A stretch of DNA of 45,564 nt from a candidate division WOR-3 bacterium (GTDB lineage: Bacteria; SDB-A): the NCBI GenBank assembly GCA_016934535.1, contig JAFGSQ010000008.1:1-45564 (forward strand), given 5' to 3'. Under the pieces are notes generated by a model. It saw only the letters and a program-made list of their open reading frames with translations, searched no databases and was not told where the DNA came from. Each line of letters opens with the position of its first letter. Positions within the stretch are counted from its first letter, which is position 1. A program made the position numbers and the translations under genes. Positions 1 through 9,848 of this stretch are shown in pieces.

Positions 1-3
1 AAA

Positions 4-76
4 AGCGGGAGACGGGATTCGAACCCGCGACAATCGGCTTGGAAGGCCGAAGCTCTACCAACTGAGCTACTCCCGC
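4..76 (-). tRNA. tRNA-Gly (anticodon TCC)
   Basis: Reverse complement reads GCGGGAGTAGCTCAGTTGGTAGAGC...CT-TCC-AA...GGTTCGAATCCCGTCTCCCGCT. It forms a cloverleaf with D and T loops. No CCA is encoded. Confidence 0.97.
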
Positions 77-82
77 AGAAAA

Positions 83-164
83 TGGCGAGGGTAGGATTCG
101 AACCTACGAAGCCACTGGCAACAGATTTACAGTCTGCTCCCTTTGACCACTCGGGAACCTCGCC
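83..164 (-). tRNA. tRNA-Tyr (anticodon GTA)
   Basis: Reverse complement reads GGCGAGGTTCCCGAGTGGTCAAAGGGAGCAGACT-GTA-AATCTG, then a long variable arm, then GGTTCGAATCCTACCCTCGCCA. Confidence 0.97.
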
Positions 165-181
165 TACATCTGCTTCGCGAT

Positions 182-254
182 AGCTGGCGAAGGGATTTGA
201 ACCCCCGACCTGCTGATTACAAATCAGCTGCTCTACCGGCTGAGCTACGCCAGC
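182..254 (-). tRNA. tRNA-Thr (anticodon TGT)
   Basis: Reverse complement reads GCTGGCGTAGCTCAGCCGGTAGAGCAGCTGATT-TGT-AATCAGC...GGTTCAAATCCCTTCGCCAGCT. Confidence 0.97.
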
Positions 255-312
255 GAAAATTAAGACGTTTAAGTTAACAATAATAGATAAAAAAGTCAAG
301 TTTTTTTGCATA

Positions 313-384
313 TGGCGGTACGGGGAATCGAACCCCGGTTTGATGGCTGAGAACCACCCGTCCTGACCCCTAGACGATACCGCC
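313..384 (-). tRNA. tRNA-Glu (anticodon CTC)
   Basis: Reverse complement reads GGCGGTATCGTCTAGGGGTCAGGACGGGTGGTT-CTC-AGCCATC...GGTTCGATTCCCCGTACCGCCA. Confidence 0.95.
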
Positions 385-396
385 TCGAAGTTCGAT

Positions 397-426
397 AATA
401 TAAATGTAAACGAATCCTCTTGTCAA
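397..426 (-). promoter_or_regulatory. Putative sigma70 promoter for tRNA-Glu
   Basis: Minus strand has TTGACA, 17-18 nt of spacer, then TTATAT/TATATT just upstream of the tRNA 5' end. Confidence 0.55.
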
Positions 427-512
427 CGGAAAAATCACTTAAAAACGTTTTCTTCTCATTTCCCGAAAAGAAAACTGTTGACACCATATAAAAAAACATA
501 TTCTATATTCAA

Positions 513-2243
513 ATGTCTTATTCTTCGGATAATAGCAGACGTCTGAAAATTTTTCTGGCGGTTTTTATCATAACCGCCATTTTTTTCACAACTCTCCTGT
601 CTAAACTTATTTACGATTTCTTTAAAAACATGGCATATCAAAGAGACACAAACGCCTCCTGCCTTTGTATAAGGCTTTCGGGAAATTACAGGGAAATACC
701 CGGCTTTTATCCGGCAGATCTTTTTTCAGGATATAATGACATCACCGTTGAAGATCTCATTCAAGCCATAAAGAAAGCACGCGGAGACGAGAACATACAT
801 TCTATTTTTCTCGAGATCCACGGAATTGAAAACGGATGGTCAAGTGTCTCCGACATTCGTAAAGAGCTCGAACATTTCAGACGCAACGGGAAAAAAGTTT
901 ACGTCTACATAAACGGAGCTACTGACAAAGAATACTTCCTCGCTTCCGTTGCTGATTCCATATACCTTTCTCCGACCGGTTCTCTCTTCATCGACGGCCT
1001 CTCTTCGACCGTATTGTTTTACGCAGGTCTTTCAGAAAAACTCGGCGTCCACTGGGAAGTTTTCAGCAAAGGAGACTACAAATCGGCGCCGAACGTTTTG
1101 ACGGATACTTCTCTTTCAACATCTTCCAGGGAAGATTTGACGAAGATACTTACTTCAATACATGAATTGTACGTACTGGAAGTTGAAAAATACAGAGACG
1201 ACCTCTTTATGCCTTACGACGTAATTCTCGACAGCGGACCATATCTTTCGGCCGCCAAAGCCTTGTCTCTTCATCTCGTCGACAGGCTGGAATCTTACGA
1301 AAACATATCCGCCCATTTCGGCATAGCCGACAGTTCGATAAACCCGAGAAAATACATCTCTCAAGACATAAATGCTTTTTCCAGAGAGAAATCCGTGTGC
1401 ATAATTTTCATTGAAGGGGAGATATCGTACGGAGACAATTCGCTGTTTGGCTCCGATGAATCCCAAGACGCCCGAGTCATAGCCGAATTCATAATGAAAG
1501 CCGCCGACAATGACGGATTCAAAGCGCTGGTGATAAGAGTAAACAGTCCCGGTGGAGACCTCGACGCCTCATTTGCCATTGGAAAAGCCGTCGAATACGC
1601 CGCAAGCAGAAAGCCGGTCGTCGCCTCGATGGGCGACATGGCGGCATCGGGCGGTTACTTCGTATCCATGTATTCGGACGTCATAGTTGCTTCCGAATTC
1701 ACCGTGACAGGATCGATAGGCGTTTTCATGCTGAAACCCGATGTTTCCGGTCTCCTGCTGAAAACCGGCCTGAGCGTGGACACGGTTAAAACGAATGTTT
1801 CCTCAGACTTCATGTCTATATACAGACCTTTGAGTCCGAGAGAAACCGAAATTCTTGAAAGTTATGCGAGCGAGGCGTATTCTCTTTTCACGTCTGAAGT
1901 CTCTCTGAACAGGGAACTCGATTCTGCTTTTGTCGAATCAGTCGCAGGCGGAAGAGTGTGGACAGGAAGAGAGGCGTACAAACTTGCTCTCATAGATACT
2001 CTTGGGGGACTTGATCTTGCAGTTGCAATAGCCAAAGAAATGGCCGAAATTTCAGTTGAAACAAGCATTGGCGTAGAAATATATCCGGAACCTTCATTCA
2101 GCATCAAGAACCTCAGGAAAAGGGCGTGGATGGCTATTGCCGGAAGAGTTTTTCCGGAAGCCTCGGGTATTCTTTTTCTCGGAGAAAAAAATTTCTCATT
2201 CAAGCCTTCTCTTATATTTCCGTACAAACTTGAAATTCACTGA
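513..2243 (+). CDS. sppA: Signal peptide peptidase SppA (protease IV, long two-domain S49 type)
   Basis: N-terminal TM segment, two S49 domains, and motifs GDYKSA (Lys), RVNSPGG, MAASGGY (Ser), TGSIGV and GGRVWTG. Confidence 0.93.
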   Translation: MSYSSDNSRRLKIFLAVFIITAIFFTTLLSKLIYDFFKNMAYQRDTNASCLCIRLSGNYREIPGFYPADLFSGYNDITVEDLIQAIKKARGDENIHSIFLEIHGIENGWSSVSDIRKELEHFRRNGKKVYVYINGATDKEYFLASVADSIYLSPTGSLFIDGLSSTVLFYAGLSEKLGVHWEVFSKGDYKSAPNVLTDTSLSTSSREDLTKILTSIHELYVLEVEKYRDDLFMPYDVILDSGPYLSAAKALSLHLVDRLESYENISAHFGIADSSINPRKYISQDINAFSREKSVCIIFIEGEISYGDNSLFGSDESQDARVIAEFIMKAADNDGFKALVIRVNSPGGDLDASFAIGKAVEYAASRKPVVASMGDMAASGGYFVSMYSDVIVASEFTVTGSIGVFMLKPDVSGLLLKTGLSVDTVKTNVSSDFMSIYRPLSPRETEILESYASEAYSLFTSEVSLNRELDSAFVESVAGGRVWTGREAYKLALIDTLGGLDLAVAIAKEMAEISVETSIGVEIYPEPSFSIKNLRKRAWMAIAGRVFPEASGILFLGEKNFSFKPSLIFPYKLEIH

Positions 2244-2245
2244 AA

Positions 2246-3562
2246 ATGTTTTCTCTTCTTTTAATAATTTCATTTCAAGCCGGAGAAATAGCTGAAAAAC
2301 TGAAATTATCTGCTTCCGATCTGGCGGTCACTGCCGGAATGGCAATTTCTCTGGCCGAATTTACCGGTCCTGACGGCAGAACTGCAGATTCGATTCTTTG
2401 CGACGCTTTTCAAACCTTGGGCGACAACTGTGTCGTTTTCCTTGAATACTCAGACAGATCGACCTCAAAGTTCAGAATAGTAGTCCTCGACCGTTCGGGG
2501 ACGCCGGTTTCACATAGTTGTCTTTTCCCCTCCACTACCGGCAGGTTCACGATTGAAACAGCCGGTGTCGTAAACGTGTTCACCGACAAAAAGGGAGTCT
2601 ATCTTAAAATGACACAGCAGAGCGAAACTGTTTCGAGAACTTACGACCTAATATTTTTACTTGAAGAAACAATTGCTCCTCTTTTTTACAATCTCTTGTC
2701 TAAAGAACAGTACCGCGACGGAGGGCGCGACATGAAAAGTCTTCTTTATCTATCCGGGGGTTGTCTTTGCCTTGCTCAATCACCGGAATACTGGGTGAAA
2801 ATAGATGAAACGGAAGCGTTTTACGGCATAGAGAGATCTGTTTGGTCAATACCCGGGACCATTTATTTCGAGCCGGACTTTTACGGATATTCTCCCAAAT
2901 CCTACATTGTCCGGCATGATTCTTTCGCGCTTCACGGCAAAGACCTGATTTTTCTGTTTGACCTGCCTTCTGACGAGAGATTTTTCCCTACGACATCATG
3001 GATCGGCATTTCCGATCAGGACATCTCCCGTTTTTTAAATATATGGTCTGCTTTTCTCGGATACAATTTCGCTGTCTCTTCTTCTTCTTACACCGGTTTT
3101 GATCCCTCATTCAAAATTGTCGGCGGATCGACGGAAGATTATCTCGAACTGATAATATATCTGCAGGACAGTGAGATATCCCACGGAAAAGATCTTTTTT
3201 CCATGTACTTTTCCAATCCTTCATTACCGGATTATAACTGCGAGATATCCCTCTTTCCTCATGATCAATCGAACACGGAACAGCTAATTTTAAAATTATC
3301 AAATTTTCAGGAAAGTTCTCATGTAAAAGCGAGGTCCGTTTCACAATCCGAAAACACGATCATATTTCTAGTCGAAATCCCTGTTTCAGATCTAAAAGAC
3401 GCCCTCAATCTTGAAGGTAAATTGAACATTGTCTCGGCATTTCTAAAATACAGAGACGTGGACGGAGAAACGGTCTCCTTTGTTTCTCTCCCATCAAATG
3501 CCGATCCTTCCCGGCGAGAAACCTGGGCGGACATAATATTCGGAGAACTCACTTTAAAATAG
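2246..3562 (+). CDS. Hypothetical exported protein, possibly with a C-terminal CBM9/DOMON-like beta domain
   Basis: 438-aa ORF packed between sppA and glgB with a short hydrophobic N-terminus. The C-terminal VEIP...YRDVD...WADIIF pattern is only loosely CBM9-like. Confidence 0.55.
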   Translation: MFSLLLIISFQAGEIAEKLKLSASDLAVTAGMAISLAEFTGPDGRTADSILCDAFQTLGDNCVVFLEYSDRSTSKFRIVVLDRSGTPVSHSCLFPSTTGRFTIETAGVVNVFTDKKGVYLKMTQQSETVSRTYDLIFLLEETIAPLFYNLLSKEQYRDGGRDMKSLLYLSGGCLCLAQSPEYWVKIDETEAFYGIERSVWSIPGTIYFEPDFYGYSPKSYIVRHDSFALHGKDLIFLFDLPSDERFFPTTSWIGISDQDISRFLNIWSAFLGYNFAVSSSSYTGFDPSFKIVGGSTEDYLELIIYLQDSEISHGKDLFSMYFSNPSLPDYNCEISLFPHDQSNTEQLILKLSNFQESSHVKARSVSQSENTIIFLVEIPVSDLKDALNLEGKLNIVSAFLKYRDVDGETVSFVSLPSNADPSRRETWADIIFGELTLK

Positions 3563-3572
3563 AGGAGACCAG

Positions 3573-5780
3573 ATGGCCGGCAGTACCACCCTAACTGAAT
3601 CGGAAATTAAAACCGTAATAGACTCTGACCTCTACGATCCCTTTTCAATACTGGGAATGCACAGGAAAGTAACAGAATCTTCAAACGTCCTCGCTGTCCG
3701 TGTTTTCACCCCCGACGCCAAATATGTAGAAATAATAGGAAACAGAGAAACCAGGAAAGCCGAGATGATACATTCGGCGGGTCTTTTCGAAGCGTTGTTT
3801 CCCGACGGAGAACATTTTTTCCCCTACAGAATAAAATGTTCCTGGAACGGCGACGAAAGCGTCATAATGGACGACCCCTACAGACTTCCTCCTGTCCTTT
3901 CCGATTATGACATTTATCTTTTTAACGAAGGCTCAAACACAATGGCTTACGAAAAACTCGGGGCTCACGTCATGGTTTTCGAATCTTTAAAGGGAACTGT
4001 TTTTTCAGTCTGGGCTCCAAACGCGAAAAGAGTCAGCGTCGTGGGAGATTTCAACCACTGGGACGGCAGGCGACACCCCATGCGGTCCCGCGGCAACAGC
4101 GGAATTTGGGAGCTTTTTATTCCCGGTATCGAAGAAGGGGTTTTGTATAAATATGAAATAAAAACAAAACAGAATCTAATATCCATTCGAACCGATCCGT
4201 ACGGTTTCTTTTTTGAGAAAAGGCCGCGAACTGCCTCGGCAGTATTCGACCTTACAAAGTACAAATGGAATGACTCGGAATGGATGCGCCGGAGAGTACT
4301 GCCTCTTGAAAAACCTGTTGCAATCTACGAAATGCACTTGTCGAGCTGGATGAAAAAATCCAAAGACGAAATTAATGGAAATCTGACGTACAGGGATATT
4401 CCTGATCTTCTGATCCCTTATCTTCTGGAAATGGGATTCAATTACGTCGAATTCCTGCCAATAGCAGAACACCCGCTCGACGATTCCTGGGGATATCAGG
4501 TGACGGGCTACTACGCACCTACAAGCAGATACGGCAACCCAGATGACTTCAGATATCTGGTCGACAGACTTCACGAAGCCGGAATAGGAGTCATTCTTGA
4601 CTGGGTTCCCGGGCACTTTCCGAGAGACACTCACGCCCTCGCCATGTTTGACGGCACTGCCCTTTACGAGCATCAGGATCCCAAACAGGGTCAAAATCCC
4701 GACTGGGGAACCCTTGTCTTCAACTACGAAAGGCGCGAGGTCAGATCTTTTCTCGTATCCAACGCAATTTTCTGGTTCGATAAATTTCACATTGACGGCC
4801 TTAGAGTGGACGCAGTCGCTTCCATGCTTTATCTTGACTACTCGAAAAAAGAAGGCGAGTGGATACCGAATAAATACGGAGGAAAAGAGAATCTCGAAGC
4901 CATCGATTTTCTAAAGACCCTGAATCTGAAGATTTACGAATTGTTCCCTTCCGCTCTGATGATAGCCGAAGAATCTACAAGCTGGCCGATGGTCTCAAAA
5001 CCTGTCTATCTGGGAGGTCTGGGTTTCGCGTTCAAGTGGAACATGGGATGGATGAACGATTTTTTCAGATACATGGGAAAAGATCCGATTTTCAGAAAAT
5101 TTCACAGAAACGACATAACTTTTTCGCTTCTTTACGCTTTCACGGAAAACTTTATTCTTCCGGTCTCTCACGATGAAGTCGTTCACGGAAAACGCTCACT
5201 GATTTCGAAAATGCCGGGAGATTACTGGCAGAAATTTGCAAACACACGCCTTTCACTCGGATACATGTTCGCTCATCCGGGCAAAAAACTGCTTTTCATG
5301 GGCTCTGAGATCGGCCAGTGGGAAGAATGGCAGTTCAACAAAAGTCTCGACTGGCATCTTTTGAACTACGAACCCCACGCAAAGCTCAAAAAATTCGTCG
5401 CCGATCTGATCGGCGTATATAATAATACCAAAGCTCTCTGGGAAGAAGACTTCAGCTTTCAGGGATTTTCATGGATCGACTTTTACGATTCCGACAGTTC
5501 TGTCATAGCTTTCGTCAGATGGAGTAAGAACAAAAATAACCACGTTGTTGTCGTCTGTAATTTTACACCGGTAGTCAGGCATAGTTACAGAATAGGCGTG
5601 CCTTCAGGAACTTACTACAGCGAGTTGATTAACAGTGATTCCGAATTTTACTACGGAAGCAATGTCGGCAATTACGGCAGGATTAAATCTGACGACAAGC
5701 CATGGCACTCTTACCCATATTCTGTTGAAATTACCCTTCCTCCTCTTTCCGTCCTATATCTTGCGCCTGATAACGGCTGA
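3573..5780 (+). CDS. glgB: 1,4-alpha-glucan branching enzyme (GH13)
   Basis: Motifs WAPNA, SWGYQVTGYYAPTSRYG, RVDAVASMLY, IAEES and SHDEVVHGK. RBS GAGGAG. Confidence 0.98.
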   Translation: MAGSTTLTESEIKTVIDSDLYDPFSILGMHRKVTESSNVLAVRVFTPDAKYVEIIGNRETRKAEMIHSAGLFEALFPDGEHFFPYRIKCSWNGDESVIMDDPYRLPPVLSDYDIYLFNEGSNTMAYEKLGAHVMVFESLKGTVFSVWAPNAKRVSVVGDFNHWDGRRHPMRSRGNSGIWELFIPGIEEGVLYKYEIKTKQNLISIRTDPYGFFFEKRPRTASAVFDLTKYKWNDSEWMRRRVLPLEKPVAIYEMHLSSWMKKSKDEINGNLTYRDIPDLLIPYLLEMGFNYVEFLPIAEHPLDDSWGYQVTGYYAPTSRYGNPDDFRYLVDRLHEAGIGVILDWVPGHFPRDTHALAMFDGTALYEHQDPKQGQNPDWGTLVFNYERREVRSFLVSNAIFWFDKFHIDGLRVDAVASMLYLDYSKKEGEWIPNKYGGKENLEAIDFLKTLNLKIYELFPSALMIAEESTSWPMVSKPVYLGGLGFAFKWNMGWMNDFFRYMGKDPIFRKFHRNDITFSLLYAFTENFILPVSHDEVVHGKRSLISKMPGDYWQKFANTRLSLGYMFAHPGKKLLFMGSEIGQWEEWQFNKSLDWHLLNYEPHAKLKKFVADLIGVYNNTKALWEEDFSFQGFSWIDFYDSDSSVIAFVRWSKNKNNHVVVVCNFTPVVRHSYRIGVPSGTYYSELINSDSEFYYGSNVGNYGRIKSDDKPWHSYPYSVEITLPPLSVLYLAPDNG

Positions 5781-5823
5781 AGAAAATAATAAAAAAAAGA
5801 ACATAATTTTCCGTCTTAATGTT

Positions 5824-8178
5824 TCAGCCGCCCAAAATGTCAAGCAAATCCTTTGTCGAATAAGGTTTTTGAAGAAACCTGACATTCTTGTCAAGAACTC
5901 CTTTCTGTACTATTGTGTTTTCAGTATACCCTGAAAAGAAAACTACCTTCAGTTGTTTTTTCTTTTTTAACAGGTTTTGAGCCAGTTCCTTTCCGCTCAT
6001 GTTAGGCATGACTACGTCCGTGAGTAATATGCTGATTTCTTCCGAATTCGTATTAAACGTCTCAATTGCTTCTTTGCCGTTGTCGGCTGTAAACACTCTG
6101 TATCCGAAACTGGCTAGCGTCTCTTTTGTGACATTTCTTACTCCCGGATCGTCTTCAACAAGAAGAACCGTCTCATTTATTCTCACTTCGGGCATAGGGT
6201 GGTTTTTATCGGATTCTGTTTCGCCTTCATCTTCAACTTTCGGAAAATAGCATTTAAATGTCGAGCCCTTTCCCAACTCGCTGTAAACATAAACGTAACT
6301 GTGATTCTGCTTAATAATTCCGTAAACCGTAGATAATCCCAATCCCGTTCCCTTGTCTTTTTCTTTCGTCGTAAAAAAAGGTTCGAATATCAGGCTTTTA
6401 ACTGTTTCGTCCATACCTGTTCCGTTGTCGCTTATTGACACGAGGACATATTTACCCGGTTCCACCCATGCTTTGCTTTTTGAGGATGAGAAATCAAACT
6501 CCGCGTTTGACGTCTCAATCGTCAAAATTCCTCCGTCGGGCATCGCGTCGCGGGCGTTTACGACAATGTTTATTATCACCTGTTCTATCTGGCCGGGATC
6601 CATTCTTATTTTCCACAGGTTTTCTTGAAGAAACAGTTTTGTCTCTATGTCTTCGCCGAGAATTCGGCGGAACATATCGTGTTGTCTTGTTATAAGTCCG
6701 TTGAGATCAATCGTCCTGGGTTTGATTATTTGTTTTCTGCTGAAAGCGAGCAGTTGACCGGTGAGCCGTTGCCCTCTTTCTCCCCCCGCCATCATTTGTT
6801 CCAAAGCACTTTTTGTACTTTCCGCCGGATTCTCCCTCAATAATAGATCGCAGTAACCGATAATGATTGTCAGAATATTGTTGAAATCGTGCGCTATCCC
6901 TCCGGCAAGTCTTCCTATGGCTTCCATTTTCTGAGACTGAGAAAGCTGATCAAAAAGCTTTTTACGTTCCGTTATGTCCGAAACAAATCCTTCGAGATAA
7001 AAAGGATTCCCTTCATCATCATAAACAAGACGCGTACTTATAGAAACCCATATTTTCTGCGCGTTTTTTCTGAATAACTGGATCTCTCTGTCAACTACTT
7101 TTCCGTTTTGTAAAATGTCAGAAATATATTTTTTCCTGTCTTCCGACGCAACGTAGAGTTGTTTTTCAATGTTTTTGCAGTTTTCAATTAAATCTTTCCT
7201 GGAATCGTAACCTAGAATGTTTATAAGAGCCGGATTGGCATCAATAAAACGGCCTTCAACTGTCGACTGGAATATCCCCTCAATCGCATTTTCATAGATG
7301 TCCCTGTATCTTTTTTCGCTTTCGATCAAAGCGATTTCGGCTCGATTTTTTTCGGCGATTTCCTGTTCAAGAGTGTGTATAAGATCCTGGAATCGCGTTG
7401 TCATGTCGTTAAAAGCTTTCGCCAAAATGTCAAATTCGTTTCCCCTCGACATTTTGACTCTAAACGAAAAATCTCCTCCCTCTATTGCTTTTGAAGCATC
7501 TACAAGCTTGGATATCGGCGACACTATGCTTCTCGAAGTAACAAAGTCCCCCATGATTCCGACAAAAAGAGCCATCAAAGCGGTAATAACCCAGAAAATC
7601 CTCATCGTCTTCATCGTCTGCACGGCATTGTTCATCGAGGCTTCGATTTCACTGTGAAGATTTGAATGAAGACGATTCATTTTAAAATCGAATCTTCTTT
7701 GCAAAGACGCCAAATCGTTGTGCCTCAAGTATTGAGCGCTGGCCCATTTTCCCTGTTCTATGTCTTTTGAAACCCTGTCTATGGCATCGTCAAGTTTAAC
7801 TGACAGCTCAGTAATTTCATCAATTGTTGTCAGGTAATTTTTTGCAGACTCATTTTTGCTGAACAAAAACGAATTTCTCATTAATTGTATTTCCGACAGC
7901 AAATTCTCCATCGCCAGTTTCAGTCTTCCTTCAATTAAGACGCTTTGACGCGTCAGCAGGACGTTATCCACTTCCGTTGATATTTCCAGCCACTTTTGAT
8001 CAACTCTGATTAATGTTTCATGCCGAGCGGAATTTTGGATGACATTGTCGACAACTCTCTCGACCGAGATCGTATAGGCAAATCCCAAGACGCATGAAAG
8101 AACGACGAAAATCACTATTATGGAAAAACCAGCAACGGTCCTCTGTCTTATTGACATTTTAGGCTTTGTTAACTTCAT
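5824..8178 (-). CDS. Hybrid sensor histidine kinase (TM-periplasmic-TM-HAMP-PAS-HisKA-HATPase-REC)
   Basis: Two TM segments, a HAMP domain (NEFDILAKAFNDM) and a PAS domain. H-box AHDFNNIL, N-box NARDAM, G-boxes DNGTGM and GTGLGL. Receiver motifs LLVEDD, LTDVVMP and FLQKPY. Confidence 0.93.
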   Translation of the reverse strand: MKLTKPKMSIRQRTVAGFSIIVIFVVLSCVLGFAYTISVERVVDNVIQNSARHETLIRVDQKWLEISTEVDNVLLTRQSVLIEGRLKLAMENLLSEIQLMRNSFLFSKNESAKNYLTTIDEITELSVKLDDAIDRVSKDIEQGKWASAQYLRHNDLASLQRRFDFKMNRLHSNLHSEIEASMNNAVQTMKTMRIFWVITALMALFVGIMGDFVTSRSIVSPISKLVDASKAIEGGDFSFRVKMSRGNEFDILAKAFNDMTTRFQDLIHTLEQEIAEKNRAEIALIESEKRYRDIYENAIEGIFQSTVEGRFIDANPALINILGYDSRKDLIENCKNIEKQLYVASEDRKKYISDILQNGKVVDREIQLFRKNAQKIWVSISTRLVYDDEGNPFYLEGFVSDITERKKLFDQLSQSQKMEAIGRLAGGIAHDFNNILTIIIGYCDLLLRENPAESTKSALEQMMAGGERGQRLTGQLLAFSRKQIIKPRTIDLNGLITRQHDMFRRILGEDIETKLFLQENLWKIRMDPGQIEQVIINIVVNARDAMPDGGILTIETSNAEFDFSSSKSKAWVEPGKYVLVSISDNGTGMDETVKSLIFEPFFTTKEKDKGTGLGLSTVYGIIKQNHSYVYVYSELGKGSTFKCYFPKVEDEGETESDKNHPMPEVRINETVLLVEDDPGVRNVTKETLASFGYRVFTADNGKEAIETFNTNSEEISILLTDVVMPNMSGKELAQNLLKKKKQLKVVFFSGYTENTIVQKGVLDKNVRFLQKPYSTKDLLDILGG

Positions 8179-8198
8179 TTTATTCTGACTGTCGCCGT

Positions 8199-9140
8199 TT
8201 ATCTTGTTATGAGCGCCAGCTCGATGAATATCGTGTCAGGAATATCTTTGCCGGAAAGAAATTCCATGATAGTCTCGATTCCTATGCGCCCCATTTCCTC
8301 GGGTCTTTGCGCTATTGTAGCTGACATTTCATTTTTTTCGAGCGAAACGATCGCTTCTTCAATTCCGTCAAATCCTATAAAAACAATTCCGTTCAACCTT
8401 CCGGCTTTTTTAGCCGCTTCGATCGCACCGAGTATCATGTCGTCGTTGTGGGCAAATACACCGTTTATTTCCGGGAATTCGTTCAATATATCCGAGAACA
8501 CTTTTTCTCCGTCAGCCTTGTTGAAGCAGGCAGTTGCAGAAACGACAATTTCGATCTGGGGATAGTTTGAAACGGCACGATTGAAACCCAGTCCGCGTTC
8601 TGTTGCCGCCGAAGAGCCCGGAGTGCCGATCAACTCAACTACTTTTCCTTTTCGGTTGAGCGTTTCAGCAAGATAAACACCCGCCATCATCCCGCCTTCT
8701 ATATTGTTCGACGCGATATGACAAACGACGGAGTCGCAGGAGATGCTTCTGTCAATCGTGAATACGGGAACTCCCGAAGACGAAGCTGATCTGATCGCAG
8801 GGCATAACATATCGCTGACCGGATTCAGCAGTATTGCGGCCGCTCCTCTTTCGACGAGTTCGCCGATCTGTCTGAACTGGAGGTCTTCATCATCGTTCGC
8901 ATATAAAACGACCAGTTCGACGCCGTGTTCTTCAGCGGACTCATTAGCGCCCTTAACAAGAGATACAAAAAAAGGAGTCTCTTCCGACATGCTTATAAGC
9001 AAACCGACAATAACTGTATCGTTGTCTCCGTTTTTAGTGTCATCCTCTTTACCAGAACAGTTCGGTACGGTTACTGCCAATATAATTAACGATGAAATTT
9101 TAAACAACACGCAAAAAAAATGACTTAACAATTTCGGCAT
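8199..9140 (-). CDS. RbsB-like periplasmic sugar-binding protein (probable lipoprotein)
   Basis: Motifs PFFVSLVKGA, GVPVFTIDR, IASNNIEGG, FAHNDDMILGA, IGFDG and ATIAQRP. Signal peptide with Cys. RBS AAAGGAGG. Confidence 0.88.
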   Translation of the reverse strand: MPKLLSHFFCVLFKISSLIILAVTVPNCSGKEDDTKNGDNDTVIVGLLISMSEETPFFVSLVKGANESAEEHGVELVVLYANDDEDLQFRQIGELVERGAAAILLNPVSDMLCPAIRSASSSGVPVFTIDRSISCDSVVCHIASNNIEGGMMAGVYLAETLNRKGKVVELIGTPGSSAATERGLGFNRAVSNYPQIEIVVSATACFNKADGEKVFSDILNEFPEINGVFAHNDDMILGAIEAAKKAGRLNGIVFIGFDGIEEAIVSLEKNEMSATIAQRPEEMGRIGIETIMEFLSGKDIPDTIFIELALITR

Positions 9141-9422
9141 TAGAAACCTCCTTTATAAGCGGTAAGTTTCCGATCCGGCTATCCGGTTAAATTATAGAAT
9201 AAATCGGGAATATAAAACACAAAAAATATTACTGCTGAAAATAATCCAAAATATCCAAATCAGTACAATAAAGATTTCCAGGCCTTTTCTTCATACGGCT
9301 TAAAAAATTCGTTTTTTATATTAAGCGTCTCAGGTTTTTACCTGTATCTGACAGGGCAAATCAAAACAAACAGCGGTTGTATTTATTACAATACAATCAC
9401 GTCCTGTATTTTCAGAAAACAA

Positions 9423-9848
9423 TCAATTCTTGTGAATCTCCATGAATTTACTGTCAGCTACTGCAAAAAGTTTTCCTTCTGTAAGTATCTCGCCTTTCAG
9501 GCGGAACATTCCGTGAATCCTGTCTTTAAAGCATGCCCTTACTAAAAGTTTTGAATCGACCGGCACAGGTTTTAAAAATCGGACGTTCAGTTCAGCCGTG
9601 AATGCCGAAACATTTTTATTAAACAAACAATGAGTCATCGCGCAGTCGAGAAGACTGCATATAATTCCTCCGTGAAGGTATCCTTCATATCCCTGAAGCA
9701 GTTTTTCACATTCAAATTCAGTGTACACGCATCCGTCTTCTGCGGTTTTGAATTTAAGCCCGAGCGAAGCGGGATTTTCTTCTCCGCAAAATCTGCAGTG
9801 CCTGTGAGAAAGAGGGATACGGACGAAGGAAGAGCTTTCAGTGGTCAC
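9423..9848 (-). CDS. PaaI-family hot-dog thioesterase with N-terminal CxxC
   Basis: Motifs HCRFCG..N..SLGL, GYLHGGIICSLLD and TAELNVRFLKPVP. Confidence 0.85.
   Translation of the reverse strand: MTTESSSFVRIPLSHRHCRFCGEENPASLGLKFKTAEDGCVYTEFECEKLLQGYEGYLHGGIICSLLDCAMTHCLFNKNVSAFTAELNVRFLKPVPVDSKLLVRACFKDRIHGMFRLKGEILTEGKLFAVADSKFMEIHKN

Noticed and set aside
296-499. 67-aa minus-strand ORF
   Set aside because: It overlaps tRNA-Glu and its promoter, and the translation is just the tRNA sequence.
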